DNA of 64,000 nt from positions 19,096,001-19,160,000 of the forward strand of contig NC_042999.1 of NCBI RefSeq assembly GCF_006345805.1, given 5' to 3'. The notes under the pieces were generated by a model. It worked only from the letters and a program-made list of their open reading frames with translations. It made no database searches and was not told the origin of the DNA. Numbering within the stretch: the first letter of the stretch is position 1; each line of letters opens with the position of its first letter. This stretch comes from Octopus sinensis. Taxonomy: Eukaryota. The translations under genes were made by a program, and so were the position numbers. Below, in pieces: positions 13,290 to 26,437 of this stretch.

Positions 13290-13560
13290 AGTCTGAATTG
13301 CTGAACTATACTTCTATACAAGCGCATACTAGCGTTGGAGTTATCTCAGATTTTCTTTTTTAATTCGAAATGTTTAATGTCATTAGTTTATGGATTAAGA
13401 CAAAAGTGCATCGCTGCTATTTCCAAAAGGCAAGATAAATTGTGTGAATTGAAATTTGCGGTTGATGCTGTGACGTACCTTCATGAGTTAAATCTTAGAT
13501 CCCAAGGTGATTTTAAGCTTATGTGAAATATATATTGTATTTAATGCCATAAAAGATGCA
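13290..13560 (+). pseudogene. Highly degenerate hAT transposase fragment (SPIN/GTF2IRD2-like)
   Basis: RW..LRF..IRN and LKFAVDAVTYLHELNLRSQGDFKL resemble the FLxDI..HLNELNLKLQG motif; there are in-frame stops. Confidence 0.5.
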
Positions 13561-14798
13561 GAGGCATATTAACGCTCAGCAATTTCAGCAGCGCATGCTA
13601 AGGTAAAAAGGTTTTAATGCACTATAGCATGTAATGTTTAAATCAGCTTTACATATAGGACACAGAGGGAATTTTCTGTGACGTTTCCTAAGTGAATCAT
13701 AGATGCCATCATATCCGATGTATTCTTATATTCTGCAGTAAAAGGCGCTCCCCGATGAATCCCTCTCTATTCCAGAAAAAGTAAACTGAGAGTGAATTCT
13801 GTATTTTCTTTGAAAAGGGCTCAACGCATTCCCTACAAACTGTCAACCTAGATGCATAACCTTGGTTTAATTCTTTATTCGAGCAACCGTGCAAGACATA
13901 ACACAACATTGCATATCGTGTGTAGTTACTTTAACAGAAGTATTTATTTCAATATCCATCAAGTCAACGAGAATGAAAGGAATTAAGAAAGTATTCGAAA
14001 GCCACTTGAATTATTGATATACTGGACAGCATGTGGTTTTATGAAACTTCAACAAGCGATACGCATCGTTGTGGTAGTATAGTGATTGCCAAAACAGAAG
14101 AGAGCACTAAGTTAGTAAACATTTAACATTATAAGCATCAAGGATGAGTGGTTAATAATCAATAGAACATACAAGGAGTTAGGAGCTACAATAGCTGAGA
14201 AATTTTATAGCTTTACAGTTGACTTAAGCGTCAAAAATTGACATTTGCGGCGGAGTATTTCCGAGTCACTTTAGAGGGGGGAAAACTGTTCTAACACATT
14301 GTTTGGAAATAGAAAAAAAAAATTATTATTTATTTTACTTGTTTCAATTATTAGACTGCTGCAATGTTGTGGCAACACCAGGAGAAAGTTTTAATTCGAT
14401 GAATCGAGTTCAGTAATATTTTTAAAGCATAGTACATATTCAATCAATGCCTTTTGTTGAAGAGCTAAGTTAAATATGGTCATACAGATCTGCACGCATA
14501 AATGCATACATAGACAACGGATTTCTTTCCGTTTCCATCTACCTATTCCACTGACAAGGCATAGGCCAGGAGCCAGTAGGAGACTCTTGCCCAGCTGTAA
14601 AAGTCTTCAATTTAATTTTAAATAAGCAAATGTAAACATATTGTACAATATATATGGCATATATACGTATATCTATCTCTCTCTATATATGTGTGTGTTA
14701 TTGTGTGTGTATGTGTGAGGGATTGTGTATGTGATTGTGAGTGATTGTGAGTGTATGTGTGTATGTATATATATGAATATATATGTTCTATATACGGC

Positions 14799-14829
<31 letters not shown>

Positions 14830-15000
14830 AATATATATGTTCTGGCGTTTGCTAAGTTTTCTTGAGAACATTCCGTTCTTAGTGGTAAGAACATAGCGGA
14901 ATCTACTTCTAGTATAATGAATGTCCACGTAACGGTCATCCCTCTACATCCATATTATATATGTGTGTATATACATACATATATATATATATATATGAGG

Positions 15001-15051
<51 letters not shown>

Positions 15052-15605
15052 ATATATAGGAGAAGAATATATACACATATATAAGTATATATATATATAT
15101 ATATTTATAAGTATCTTATAAAATAAGGGCAAATCTATAAATAAATAAATATTTATAAATTTAACCCTTAAAGGTATTTTTTAATATGCTGGCCATTGAT
15201 AAATTTTTTTGGAATAAATTTTATCCTACATTAGATGTATATTTATAAGTAGATATATATATATATATATATTTAATCACATACATATATGTATATAGTG
15301 AGGGCCAATTACGCGACAGCCTGTCATATTCGTTTCGTTAGAGCATCTTAAAGGTGAAACATTATAAAAATAGCAGTAGTACTCACACACACATTTCCAA
15401 TCTGGCCAGCCCCAAAGAAAAACTAAGCTAAGGGCATTAGATTACTTGAAAGAAAGCAGCAAATGTATACAAAACAAGGACGGTAAAAGACGGATAAGTT
15501 TACACAAATAAAATTAAAATAATAACAGCACATAACAACAGGTGTCTTTCGACTACGGACGAATTAAATTAAGCTGGCGTGTGATATATATATATATAGA
15601 GGCTC

Positions 15606-15698
15606 CCTTTCACTCCTGATGAGAAGATTGCATAATGCACCCTTTATTCCTTTGGAATGAAAACATGCTGTCTTCGAAACGTGTGTCGAGACTAAAGG
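15606..15698 (+). ncRNA. Type I hammerhead ribozyme motif (family A')
   Basis: CCUUU ca CUC-CUGAUGA-GAAGAuUGCAU..AUGCuGUCUUC-GAAA-C GUGU G-UC-GAG acu AAAGG. Canonical core, bulged stem I, GUC triplet. Confidence 0.85.
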
Positions 15699-16148
15699 AA
15701 TTTTAACATCTTCGTTCGACTCCATTCTTTCATTTATTCATATACAACACACAAATTTCTACACATGAACCTGAGTTTCTACCCTTTACAGGTCGCTTCA
15801 ACCGTGTTTCGGACGTGAATTTGCTACCCAGGTTTCGGTTAAACGAATTTTCCATGCTGACGATAAACATAGGATAATTCATTCACCTACTTAAATATAT
15901 ATATATATATATATTTTTTTTTTTATTGAAGTAGATAATGAATTATCTTATTACGGATAATTCAAATGATAACCGATACCTGGGTAGCAAAAATCACAAC
16001 AGAAAAAGCACGGTTGAAGTTACGACCATGGGGCATAAAAACCGTGCCTAGTGCGGAAATTTGAAGTTTTATATATTAAGTGTAGGGAAAGAAGAAGAAA
16101 AGAAATGGCTGAACTGAAAGATTTAACAAAAGTCCTTTATATTATTTT

Positions 16149-16222
16149 TACATATGTTTCGAAGGCTGCAAAGTCCCTAATTAGGATTGAATAAGGAGTC
16201 CATTTTGCAGCTTTCTCTTCAG
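16149..16222 (-). ncRNA. Hammerhead core (family A) whose stem I 5' arm has been replaced by a fold-back inversion
   Basis: CUGAAGA-GAAAGCUGCA..UGCAGCCUUC-GAAACAUAUGUA is intact. Inverted repeat 16184-16212 / 16221-16250. Confidence 0.75.
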
Positions 16223-16836
16223 CTGCAAAAATGGACTCCTTATTCGATCCTTAATATAATATATATATATAATATATATATATATATGATGGCCGTTTAC
16301 ACGATATTCTATTTGTCATATACGTTTCGTTAGAGCACTCTAAAGATATAAAGTTATAAAAAAGCGGAGGTAACTTACCACACGTCTTCTAAATTATTAT
16401 CCGAAACGTCTTGTAGGAATATTTGAAATCTTAACTTTTGAAATATACCCTTTTAATATTCATAGTGTCATTTTCTCGGCATAAATATTGATATAAATTT
16501 AAACAGCTTGCCATTGAAAACAATATTACGACTACTTATGTATTTGTGTTTGAATGACTAAGAATTTGTCTGATATTCTCATATAATAGGTGATATGGTA
16601 GTACTGTTGGTTCATATCAATATTTATACAAAGCTAGTAATACAGAGAATGTATTCACATGTTGGTATAGGAAAATCAGAGGCCTTATATAAGCCAGGTG
16701 TATAGTTATAACAACAGCCGGAACATTGTCCTAGATTCTACCTTAAAAGGTTTTATCCGACTAAAATCCATAATCGTAGCATCCCATGTGGTACGCTACA
16801 TCTCTGTGCATATGCATGTTATTATATGTATGTATG

Positions 16837-16869
<33 letters not shown>

Positions 16870-17292
16870 TATATATATTATATATATATATAATAAAAGA
16901 GTAAAAATTATCAACTTAATTAATTAATTAATCTATCAATAAATTAGTAATCTCTAAAATTGTAAAAAAATTTTATAATTATAAAAATAATTACAATTAG
17001 GATTCAGCTATTTGCTTCACCACATACCGAATTTAGAAATAGGAGTTAAAATTCCTTTTCTACTACTATAAGGATCTCCATGACGGTATCATACTTTATT
17101 ACGAAGGCAAAAAGAAAAACAATGAATCAACACGACCAGAATTAACTATATACGCGTTTAAGGTGTTTCAAAATTCACTTACTTCTCTCTTCGATATAGT
17201 ATTTCCAATTATAAAATTTGAAAGTGCTAGGTTTAACTATGCACACGATCGAGTGACATCATGTAACAGATATCCAACCAAAAGTTAACCCT

Positions 17293-17323
<31 letters not shown>

Positions 17324-17418
17324 CATACATACATACATACATACAATGCATATATATACTTGAATTATTTACGATACATTTTTCGTAATGCATCTATACA
17401 TTCCTCTTTCTTATACAT

Positions 17419-17575
17419 ATCTATATATATATATATATAGATAAATTTTTTCAAGACTTATATACGGCCTGATACCGTCGGTATCTACATATCAAATTTG
17501 AGCGCAATTGGATGGAGGATGCCCGAGATCCTAGAAGCCACACACACACAGACAGATTTTATAATGTAAACGGAT
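17419..17575 (+). mobile_element. Possible short non-autonomous Helitron-like (Lep1-type) element
   Basis: tcaaatttgagcgcaattgg...cacacacagacagattttataatg resembles the 3' architecture of the element at 58295. Confidence 0.35.
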
Positions 17576-19248
17576 TTTATATTACATGAATATATATGTA
17601 TGTTTATATGTATATACAGATGTGTTTATTTCTGTGCGCATTATTTGTCTGTGCGCATAATTATATACAAATATGTGTGCGTGCTTCCGAACGCACTCAT
17701 ACAAACATATGCATTTATTGGTGGATATATGTGATTATATATATTCGTATTTACATAGCAAGATAACAGAGATATCAATTATCCATCCTCTTCCAGCTTT
17801 ACATGATTATATTGCATTCAACGCTAAGGATTACAGCGAACATTAGACGGTGGTGAAGCTCTACACGCACCGTCATTCACACACCTGCGAACATTGTCTT
17901 GCGATGTTTGTGCATATGTTTGTACGCGTATGCTAATTCCTGACATGGATTCAATTTATATTATGATCAACATCGAGGTTCCGAGGTCTCTCTGACCTTG
18001 CCACGTTCTCTTAATAGTATTTATTCATCATCTTCAATTCAGATAAAGCCAAAATTCTTCTGCGCCGATGCATGTAATAATTGCCATTATTGGCGAGGCA
18101 TTCATCGAAACAAATTAACTAAATTGTTGACCAGGAATATTAGACAGCATAACTATATCCCACATATTGAGGTTCCACTCACATCATCTTAACCAATGAC
18201 ATTATTATTCATTTAAATGATTACGTTTGCAAATATTGCTAATAAATCCCCACTAGAATGTCTTGGTTTGCGCTATGGTTTCTATGTGCAACTGCCAAAA
18301 TGCACACATATACCCATGCATACATATATACATATATACAATCATACATATATATGAATACATATAGACTCTATAGATACATAGGAGATAATATATATAT
18401 ATATATATATATAATATATATATCTACATATACATATGTAGTTATATATATATAATATATATATATTATATATATATTATATATATATATAATATTATAT
18501 ATATGTATAGTATATATATATATAACGTATGCCATACGGAAAGCGCGAAATTACAGTCATGCATTTATTGTTGTAGTTTGTGGTAGGTCAGTGTTGTTTA
18601 ATCTAAAGGACAATTATATGACATCACAGCATTACTAGCTGATCTTCCATGGAGATTTCAATTCTATTCGTTATCAGAATTGTAAATTGCACATGAAACC
18701 TTATTTACATAGCTTCACTGAGACAGCACGTTTTAATGTTCATGAAGAGAAAAACTGATTTGTGAAGAGTGCTTAAAATTATCAGCAATGCATACACAAT
18801 TTAAAGGTTACCAATAGCGTTGTCATGTACAACGGAATCAATTCTTAGTATTTATCGTCTCGAACATATTGTTTTCAAAAATTATTTGAAATAAAATAAC
18901 GAATACATTTAAGAATAAAGTAAAAGTCTTAGTAAATTTTAAGTCGAGATTATTGGCTTTTGGTGTTATTTCATGTATGTATTTCTCACACATTTACCAT
19001 TTTACATTAAGATACAACTTAATCTAAGATTAATCTTTTCTATTTATTATGGATTATTTATTATTCAAAAATGCAAATATGTCGATTTCCCAATGACTAA
19101 GGCAACCACAGCTGATACAAATTGATGTGCTGTTATTAAGAAATGGATTTTTTGAATAATTGTATGTGCTGCACATTGTATAGCTCTGTGCAGGAATTAA
19201 CTTTTAACATTTTCTAGTAGTCGCTGTTGTTATTATTATTATCGTTCA

Positions 19249-19400
19249 TGGCAGAATTGTTAGCACGCTGGGCAAAGTACTTAGTGGCATTTCGTCTGCC
19301 ATAACGCTTTGAGTTCAAATTACGCCGTGGTAAACTTTGCCTTTCATTCTTTCGTGGTCGATGCAATTAGTACCAGTTACGCACTGGGGTCGATGTAAGC
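19249..19400 (+). mobile_element. SINE, ggcggcgagc family
   Basis: ggcagaattgttagcacgctgggc..gagttcaaatt..gcctttcattctttcgtggtcgat..accagtt..ggggtcgatgt. Confidence 0.85.
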
Positions 19401-19814
19401 TCAAAGGGACCATGAATAAGTGTTTTTTAAGGACAATGAACGAAACACCCATCTTTCCCCGAGATGAATTATTCAAACTCTAAATAATACCTATCAACAC
19501 ATCGTTATGATGCTCCCCCACTGCTCCTGCTTGTGATCAGGGATGCATATATCGTCAGCAACTAATGGACAAACTCAACAATTGAAATGGAAGGCCAAAG
19601 AAGGCCATATTAGTTGCTGCAACCCGTAGCATTTGTTCGTCAACATCGCAAAAGATGTAAATTTGAAACATATTAATGTTTTCTAATGTAACTTGTCAAT
19701 AGTGTTTGTGTAGCCCAAGACAAAGCGTGTACATGTTAAGACTTCTAATCAGTTAAGATCAGAGGCCATGAGTGCCAGTGCCTGGTATTGCATCAGGTTT
19801 TCTTATTATTATTA

Positions 19815-19945
19815 TTGGCAAATTGGCAGAATCGTTAGCAAGCTAAAGAAATGCTTAGCGGGATTTCGCCTGCTGCTATGTTCTGAGTTCAAATTCCGCC
19901 GTGGTGGACGTTGCCTTTCATCATTTCGGGGGTCAATAATGTTCC
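19815..19945 (+). mobile_element. SINE, ggcggcgagc family (3'-truncated)
   Basis: Same head and core as 40028. Confidence 0.8.
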
Positions 19946-19950
19946 CAAGA

Positions 19951-20043
19951 ACCCATCATCAGACGGGTAGTCATGATGGGTAAACTGGGCTTCGTATATT
20001 TTACCCCAGCGTCACTTTGATGGCATGCACTGCTCTCTTACTC
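19951..20043 (+). mobile_element. 3' tail of an R4/Dong-like non-LTR element ending in (AAT)n
   Basis: Near-identical to the reverse complement of 63836-63925; both copies abut (AAT)n. Confidence 0.6.
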
Positions 20044-20102
<59 letters not shown>

Positions 20103-20154
20103 CAACACAACATCAACAGTAACATGAACTACAACAACAACAATAATAATAGTT

Positions 20155-20228
20155 TTAAGTACGAAATAGCCCGGCTATGGAAAATGAAGGTGAAAATAAT
20201 GCCAATTATTGTTGGGTCCGTGGGATTT
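20155..20228 (+). pseudogene. Fragment of an R4/Dong-type restriction-like-endonuclease C-terminus
   Basis: Translates KYEIARLWKMKVKIMPIIVGSVG, matching the typical xxEIxRLWxMKVxVIPIVxGALG motif. Confidence 0.65.
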
Positions 20229-21147
20229 TTATTGACCCCCGATATACTGGAACTTAATAAGTTCCAGTAAATCACTGGGATCGATGTAATCGACCAATTC
20301 CCTCCCACCCGGTTTCAGGCTTTGTGCAAGTCTGAAAGAAGGCGTTAGTGAGTTGGATAATGTATTTTTGCACGTTTCTATATTAGCGAGAATATTTTTC
20401 TCGCTTCTAGATGGCATTGAAATTGCTTTTAGTAGTTAAAATAATTAAAATAAAATAACACAGAGTTTGTTTAAACATCATATATAAAAGAAGACGTAAT
20501 TAACTGTTTATCAGGCCTGGCCTATTCTAGCAGTTTACTTTCACTTATCGACATAAGCTGAATATATTGTGTTTACCATAGATTCCTGCAGTGACCATGC
20601 CCTTACTATTTCCCTTAATAGTATTTACACCTGTTTTCCAATTGATACAGAGTCAACTGTTTGGTGAAATGATGCATTTCAAAGCGGATATGACTGACGA
20701 AGCAGCATATATCGAAGCAAATTAAGTAAACTGTTGACAAGCTGCATTAGTATAGATTACTGTAATACAAATATTACATTTTCTGCGTGCGATGTTGACT
20801 AACAGATGATATTAATAATATTCGTTCACGTGATTCCATTTGCAAATACCAAGGTTAGCAACAAATCAGAAAAACTTAGACTAGGCTTTTACATGCATAT
20901 GTATATGTGTATATGTATGTGGGTGTGATTCCTCAGCGGAGTTTATCCATCAATCTATCTAGAAAAAAAACAGCCAACCACTGAAGGGTCGTTTCATTTT
21001 TTTTGTTACTTGTCTTGTTTTCCATTTGTTTCTTTCGTTGTTCACAATAAAAATTTCGTATTCCATGTTTTCGTATTTCGTATTTCATGTTATTTTCGTA
21101 TTTCATGTCGTTTACGTTCTGTGGTGTTCTGTGCCCATATATGCATG

Positions 21148-21213
<66 letters not shown>

Positions 21214-21226
21214 ATATATATTATAT

Positions 21227-21260
<34 letters not shown>

Positions 21261-21436
21261 ATAAATATTAGGGAATAAATCCAAATTTACAGGGAAAAAA
21301 ATCAGATTTAGGATTAAATCCTATTTTATAGTAAAATATTATAAAATATTATTAGAGACAAAACCACTATTTTGCAAAACAAACAAGGAAAGACTTAATC
21401 AATACATAAAATTTTAATAAATAGTCAAAAAAACCG

Positions 21437-21479
21437 CCACTACAATCGTTTCTTGTCTTGATCGACAATCTTCAGGTGG
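21437..21479 (-). ncRNA. Minimal type I hammerhead ribozyme motif (family C)
   Basis: Exact reverse complement of the motif at 21522-21564. Confidence 0.88.
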
Positions 21480-21521
21480 AGTTCCAATAAGTCAGTAATT
21501 TGAAACTGACTTATTGGAAGT

Positions 21522-21564
21522 CCACCTGAAGATTGTCGATCAAGACAAGAAACGATTGTAGTGG
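21522..21564 (+). ncRNA. Minimal type I hammerhead ribozyme motif (family C)
   Basis: CCAC-CUGAAGA-UUGUC gaucaa GACAA-GAAA-C gauu G-UA-GUGG; all stems are perfect. Confidence 0.88.
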
Positions 21565-21677
21565 CGGTTTTTTTGACTATTTATTAAAATTTTATGTATT
21601 GATTAAGTCTTTCCTTGTTTGTTTTGCAAAATAGTGGTTTTGTCTCTAATAATATTTTATATATATATATATATATG

Positions 21678-21830
21678 TGATGGCGTTAGGAAGGGCATCC
21701 AGCTGTAGAAACATTGCCAGATTAGACTGGAGCCTGGTGCAGCCTTCTGGCTTCCCAGAACCCCGGTCGAACCGTCCAACCCATGCTAGCATGGAGAACG
21801 GACGTTAAACGATGATGATGATGATGATGA
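21678..21830 (+). mobile_element. 3' end of a LINE or SINE with a (GAT)n tail (probably RTE-related)
   Basis: tggcgttaggaagggcatccagctgtag...aacggacgttaaacgatgatgatgatg; a diverged relative lies at ~45640-45780. Confidence 0.6.
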
Positions 21831-22099
21831 TATATGTATGTAAGCATATATATTTATTATTTATACTAGTATATATATATACATTTATTTCATGTTCTTT
21901 ACATGCACATGTATATGTGTATATATATGTGGGTGTGATTCCTCAGCGACAAGCACCCTTCTTTAAATGCCCTACCTCATACAGCAGAAACAGTTGTAAA
22001 TTAATGAATGTGATGATGTGGCCCCTTTATTTTTGTCAGGCATTAATTGATATTACACTCTGTACTTACCCTAAGTTTTAATATAAAGTATACATATAT

Positions 22100-22680
22100 T
22101 AATAGTTATCGCCAATCTAACATGGCAGTCCAGAAAAAATAAGACGAATGCTGCCGTTGATTAGCTCAAAGAGGCCATCGCCTCTAGCTAGCTATGGGAC
22201 ACACGAACCTGTGTGCATTATAAACTTCGAACAGGGGAGGTCAGCCACTTCCCCTAGCTGGTCTGGCATCTACAGACTAGGTTCAGGGTCTTTGTCCTTT
22301 ATCAATATATACACCCAAGTCTGTTCCCTATTTTTAGGAAGGGGTAGCCACAAGACACACACCAGGCATTCCATTCATTTCCCAACTCAAAGAGGGGAGC
22401 CCGTTCTATACTCGGATCAATGCATAGAACGCAACCCCCAATATCAGCAACGGGGCCCGACCGCATATGCTGGCTCACCACTGCCGCATTATGCTGGTTC
22501 CATACACCTTTGAGCAACATCAATTCACTCATGCATCCACAAATACTCTCCAATCTTTCCTATCATTTATAAACTCTTTTTCTTCTCTCACTCCAGTAGC
22601 ACTAACTACCAAAGCTTTCTTCATAGCAAAGTTTATCATTCATTCCCCGCCTATTCATCTGGATAAATTCGTGCTTTTCA
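22100..22680 (-). mobile_element. 3' region of an RTE-like LINE
   Basis: The minus strand encodes the remnant ...EFINDRKDWRVFV, followed by a GC-richer 3' UTR. Its terminus (agttatcgcc..ctaacatgg) is shared with ~9510-9540. Confidence 0.45.
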
Positions 22681-23428
22681 TAGGCAAGATCATATATTTT
22701 TCATGAATTATTTGTAACAACACCGAAAATACTTAAAGGAAAATAAATGAATTTAAGAGGCTTACTACGGAAAATTATCTACTTGTGTTATTTTTATTCC
22801 GTATGTAAATTTCTCAGAGGTTGTTCTTCGTGGTGAAACAACTCTGTGTTGAAAATAGATGCTTAGTAAAAGACAAAAAGATATTAATCTTTCGTATTTA
22901 CCATGGATTATTTCTTATATAATAAATGTAAATCTATAGTTATTCCGATAACTGCAGAAACTAAAGCTAACATACTTGGCATGTTATTGATGAAAAATTG
23001 ATTTTACAAGATAGCAGCGTCTACTTTATCAAGAAATTGTAACTAACAATACTCTCTAGATATTTTGGTTTTATTTAAGAATGGAATCCACAGTTTATCT
23101 TCAGGATTATAATCAAGTTAATTGAGAAGTATATCTGGACACACGTTGGTCAGTAAAAAGTCATATTTCTTCTCAACTCTGGTTCAATACGTAAATTTAT
23201 TTCATAGAAAATCATTAGAATTTCATCAAAGACTTTTTTTACCTGTTTCAAATCTATCTTTCCTCATTTGTGTGCGCGCGTGTGTGTATGTGTGTGTGCA
23301 TGTGTGTGTGCGTGTGTATACATACATACATACATACATACACGCATACATACATACATACATACATACATACATACATACATACATACATACATACATA
23401 CACACACACATATATAATATATATATAT

Positions 23429-23470
<42 letters not shown>

Positions 23471-23532
23471 TAAAAACGGTAAGATAACAAGAGAAAGTAA
23501 GAGACCTCGATATTATGTAAATAGAGAAATTT

Positions 23533-23702
23533 ATCTGTAAATGTAATATGTGACAATTATTCGGTAGCCAATATAAAACTGAGTTTCGGATGCCTATGTG
23601 GAAATCCACGCCACCATCTCTTCAAGTATCCGGCCATCGTCATCTGAAACTCAGAGTTTTATATTGGCCACCGAATAATTGTCACATATTACATTACAGA
23701 TT
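23533..23702. repeat. Inverted repeat (~60-bp arms, ~48-bp spacer); Penelope-like terminus with a decayed hammerhead-like motif
   Basis: tctgtaaatgtaatatgtgacaattattcggt..gagtttcggatg pairs with catctgaaactc..accgaataattgtcacatattacattacaga; flanked by microsatellites. Confidence 0.8.
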
Positions 23703-23802
<100 letters not shown>

Positions 23803-23804
23803 AT

Positions 23805-24135
23805 GATCTCTGTGGGAGAACAAATCTTGTATATAAATGTACCATGCACAGAAGGAGAGGGCCGTTTGTTTACACTATGCGAACGGCTGATTCATTTAAG
23901 AATTGTTATCGTAACCATGTCGCCAGCTTTAAGACAATCAATAAGAGACGTTCAACATCTATGACCGATTTCGTATGGCAACTGAAGGAGGATAAAATGA
24001 AGTGCAGCATATCTTGGTCCATAGTAAGGCACGCGAAACCATACAATATAAGATCGAGGAGATGCCGTCACTGCTCCGAGGAAACCCTGTCTCTTCTGTG
24101 GACTAATGAGAAGATCATTAATAGAATTTCTGAAA
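23805..24135 (+). pseudogene. Degenerate GIY-YIG endonuclease of a second Penelope-like family
   Basis: CGRTNLVYKC...FKNCYRNHVASF...FVWQLKED...WSIVRHAKPY...RCRHCSEE matches the PLE endonuclease pattern. Confidence 0.8.
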
Positions 24136-24373
24136 GGCTCTCGAGATTTCAGTTCTTTTCCAGTGTTTGCAGGTTCTTCTTTTTCTCCGTAGTTGTAAGG
24201 TTCTATGACTTCTTTTTAGTATTTGTCAGCTTCCTTAAACACAGAAAACAGTTTTTTCTTTATCTTGTTCATGTTTTTTGGCTAATTGTATTAGTTTCCT
24301 TGCTTTTAAAGTAGGTATTTCTGTAGTCCCATGGTGTTTATTTTGCAATAATTTTCAAGCAGTATAAGGCCTC

Positions 24374-24637
24374 ATGTGGAGGCGCGTGGCTTAGTGGTTA
24401 GGGTGTCAGCATCATGATCGTAAGATTGTTTTTCGATTCCTGAACCGGGCGACGCGTTGTGTTCTTGAGCAAAACACTTAATTTCACGTTGCTCCAGTCC
24501 ACTCAGCTGGCAAAAATTAGTAACGCTGGGATGGACTGGCGTCCCGTCCAGCTGGGGAACACATACACAATTGAAACCGGGAAACCGGGCCCATGAGCCT
24601 GTCTGGCTTTAAAAGGGCGCATTTATTTATTTATTTT
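24374..24637 (+). mobile_element. Full-length tRNA-derived SINE with a 13-bp target-site duplication
   Basis: A box tggcttagtggtt, B box ttcgattcc, (TTTA)n tail. TSD agtataaggcctc at 24361-24373 and 24638-24650. Confidence 0.93.
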
Positions 24638-24699
24638 AGTATAAGGCCTCTACCACCTTCGATAAGTTATATATAGTGCCTTTCTGTGCCAGATTTTCG

Positions 24700-24722
24700 T
24701 ATTATAATTATTATTAATAGTC

Positions 24723-24801
<79 letters not shown>

Positions 24802-24820
24802 TATTATTTTTATGAATAGT

Positions 24821-24867
<47 letters not shown>

Positions 24868-24870
24868 TAT
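24700..24870. repeat. Compound (ATT)n/(ATC)n/(AAT)n microsatellite
   Basis: Seen directly; it explains the poly-I/M/N ORFs. Confidence 0.97.
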
Positions 24871-25996
24871 CATAATCATCAACTTCATCTTCTCTTCTTC
24901 ATCATCCTTAATATTACACAGTAATATTTTAGTATTAGTCACCTTATCTTTTTGTGGTTACAAGTTTCTCTTGCTGAAAACCTCTAGACATTTTTTTTTT
25001 CTGATACATGTCCCCTTTGATAACCTTCTTGGATTCAACCACTGAAAATATCACTGAAAATGACTAAAAGTTATCAATTAAGCTTCATTTACATAGCTTC
25101 TTCTAAGGCCTATGTGTCTCAGGTGTCTAATAATATTATGAAAGGCAGAGGAATGCTAATTTCTGTGAAGTTCTTGCAACTACTAAGATATCAATGAATT
25201 CTTCACAATTCCATGGTGGTCATTAGCTTTGTCTGTTATCACGACCAAACGTACAACTTAATCAGCTCCGTTGCTATTTGTTTCGTTCATATGCTTTTCA
25301 AAAACATGTGTAATGAAACAAAACTGATAATACATTTTAGAAGATCGAACAATTCCTGTAGGCTACCAGGCCTGATTATCTTCTTGTAGTAATTTTGAAT
25401 GTGTTAATTTCTCAATCACTACAACATATTGTAAAAAGAAAAGCTCGTATAAAAAAAATAATAATTTAATTCTCAACCATTTATTTACTTATTTATTCAT
25501 TTATTTTGCCATAGAGTTAAAATCCAAATACATTTGTGTTTCAATTTCTACGGCAGTTACCGCACATCTTCATGAAAAGTTGACGATGAGAAATTGGTTT
25601 TAGAAGACACGGATAGTTGGTATATTATATTACACATATCCTGAATCCACAAATCTGCTTTATCGTAGCAATTCTAACACCTTATTCTTTAAAGATGTCA
25701 TTCTCGCTAATTCATCGTCGAATACTGTTCTTTGCCGAAATGTATCTTTAAGGTTTTGATAATGAGATATGCAAACACGTTGGGTGCGAACAAATTTTCG
25801 TAAATATGATGAAATTTCTTAGGAGGTCTATATTTGAATAGTTGACGTGTTATGTTTCAAAGCTATGATCATAATTTGCCAACGTTTACACATCTTTTTA
25901 CCATTAGAGAGAAATTTTTCTCTACGGCAGTTGAGGTGAATTTGCCTTGAGGAGTTGAAATACGTGACAAACATATTTAAACTAACCTAATTCGCT

Positions 25997-26036
<40 letters not shown>

Positions 26037-26052
26037 ACACACACACACACAC

Positions 26053-26114
<62 letters not shown>

Positions 26115-26209
26115 CATATATGTATAAGGGTGGAAAGGAACACACGAGTTGATATATATGAAAAAACAAGTCAAAAATAGAAAATGCTAAGATGATTTTA
26201 TAGTGAATC

Positions 26210-26253
26210 TTTCAGTACCGGTTTCGGTCATTTTGAGACCTTTTCAACTGTAA
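26210..26253 (-). ncRNA. Minimal type I hammerhead motif with a U3:A8 core variant
   Basis: CAG-UUGAAAA-GGUC ucaaaau GACC-GAAA-C CG G-UA-CUG; palindromic stem III ACCGGU. Confidence 0.75.
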
Positions 26254-26437
26254 CGATTAAATAATTAAATTTAGAAAAATTAGAAGAAAATTTTTTTAAA
26301 AGAATATTTCTGTAGTAGTGTTCAGATATAAGTAGCATTCTGCCTTTCTCTGACTCCCTGTTTGCACTTGTGTGTTCGAGGTCGTTTTTAAAAAAAAAAC
26401 TTTTCTTCTAATTTTTCTAAATTTAATTATTTACTCG

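Larger units (their letters stand above)
15600..16255. mobile_element. Two related Penelope-like terminal repeats lying tail-to-tail around a (TA)n tract (+ 15600-15890, - 15925-16255)
   Basis: The shared 3' block ctacccaggt..cggtt..gataattcatt occurs in opposite orientations. Each repeat carries a hammerhead core. Confidence 0.75.
21263..21660. mobile_element. Fold-back Penelope-like terminal repeat between (TA)n tracts; near-perfect palindrome with 156-bp arms (21341-21496 / 21505-21660)
   Basis: The arms are reverse complements with one mismatch seen, and the spacer is 8 nt. The same family occurs at 54283-54505. Confidence 0.92.
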
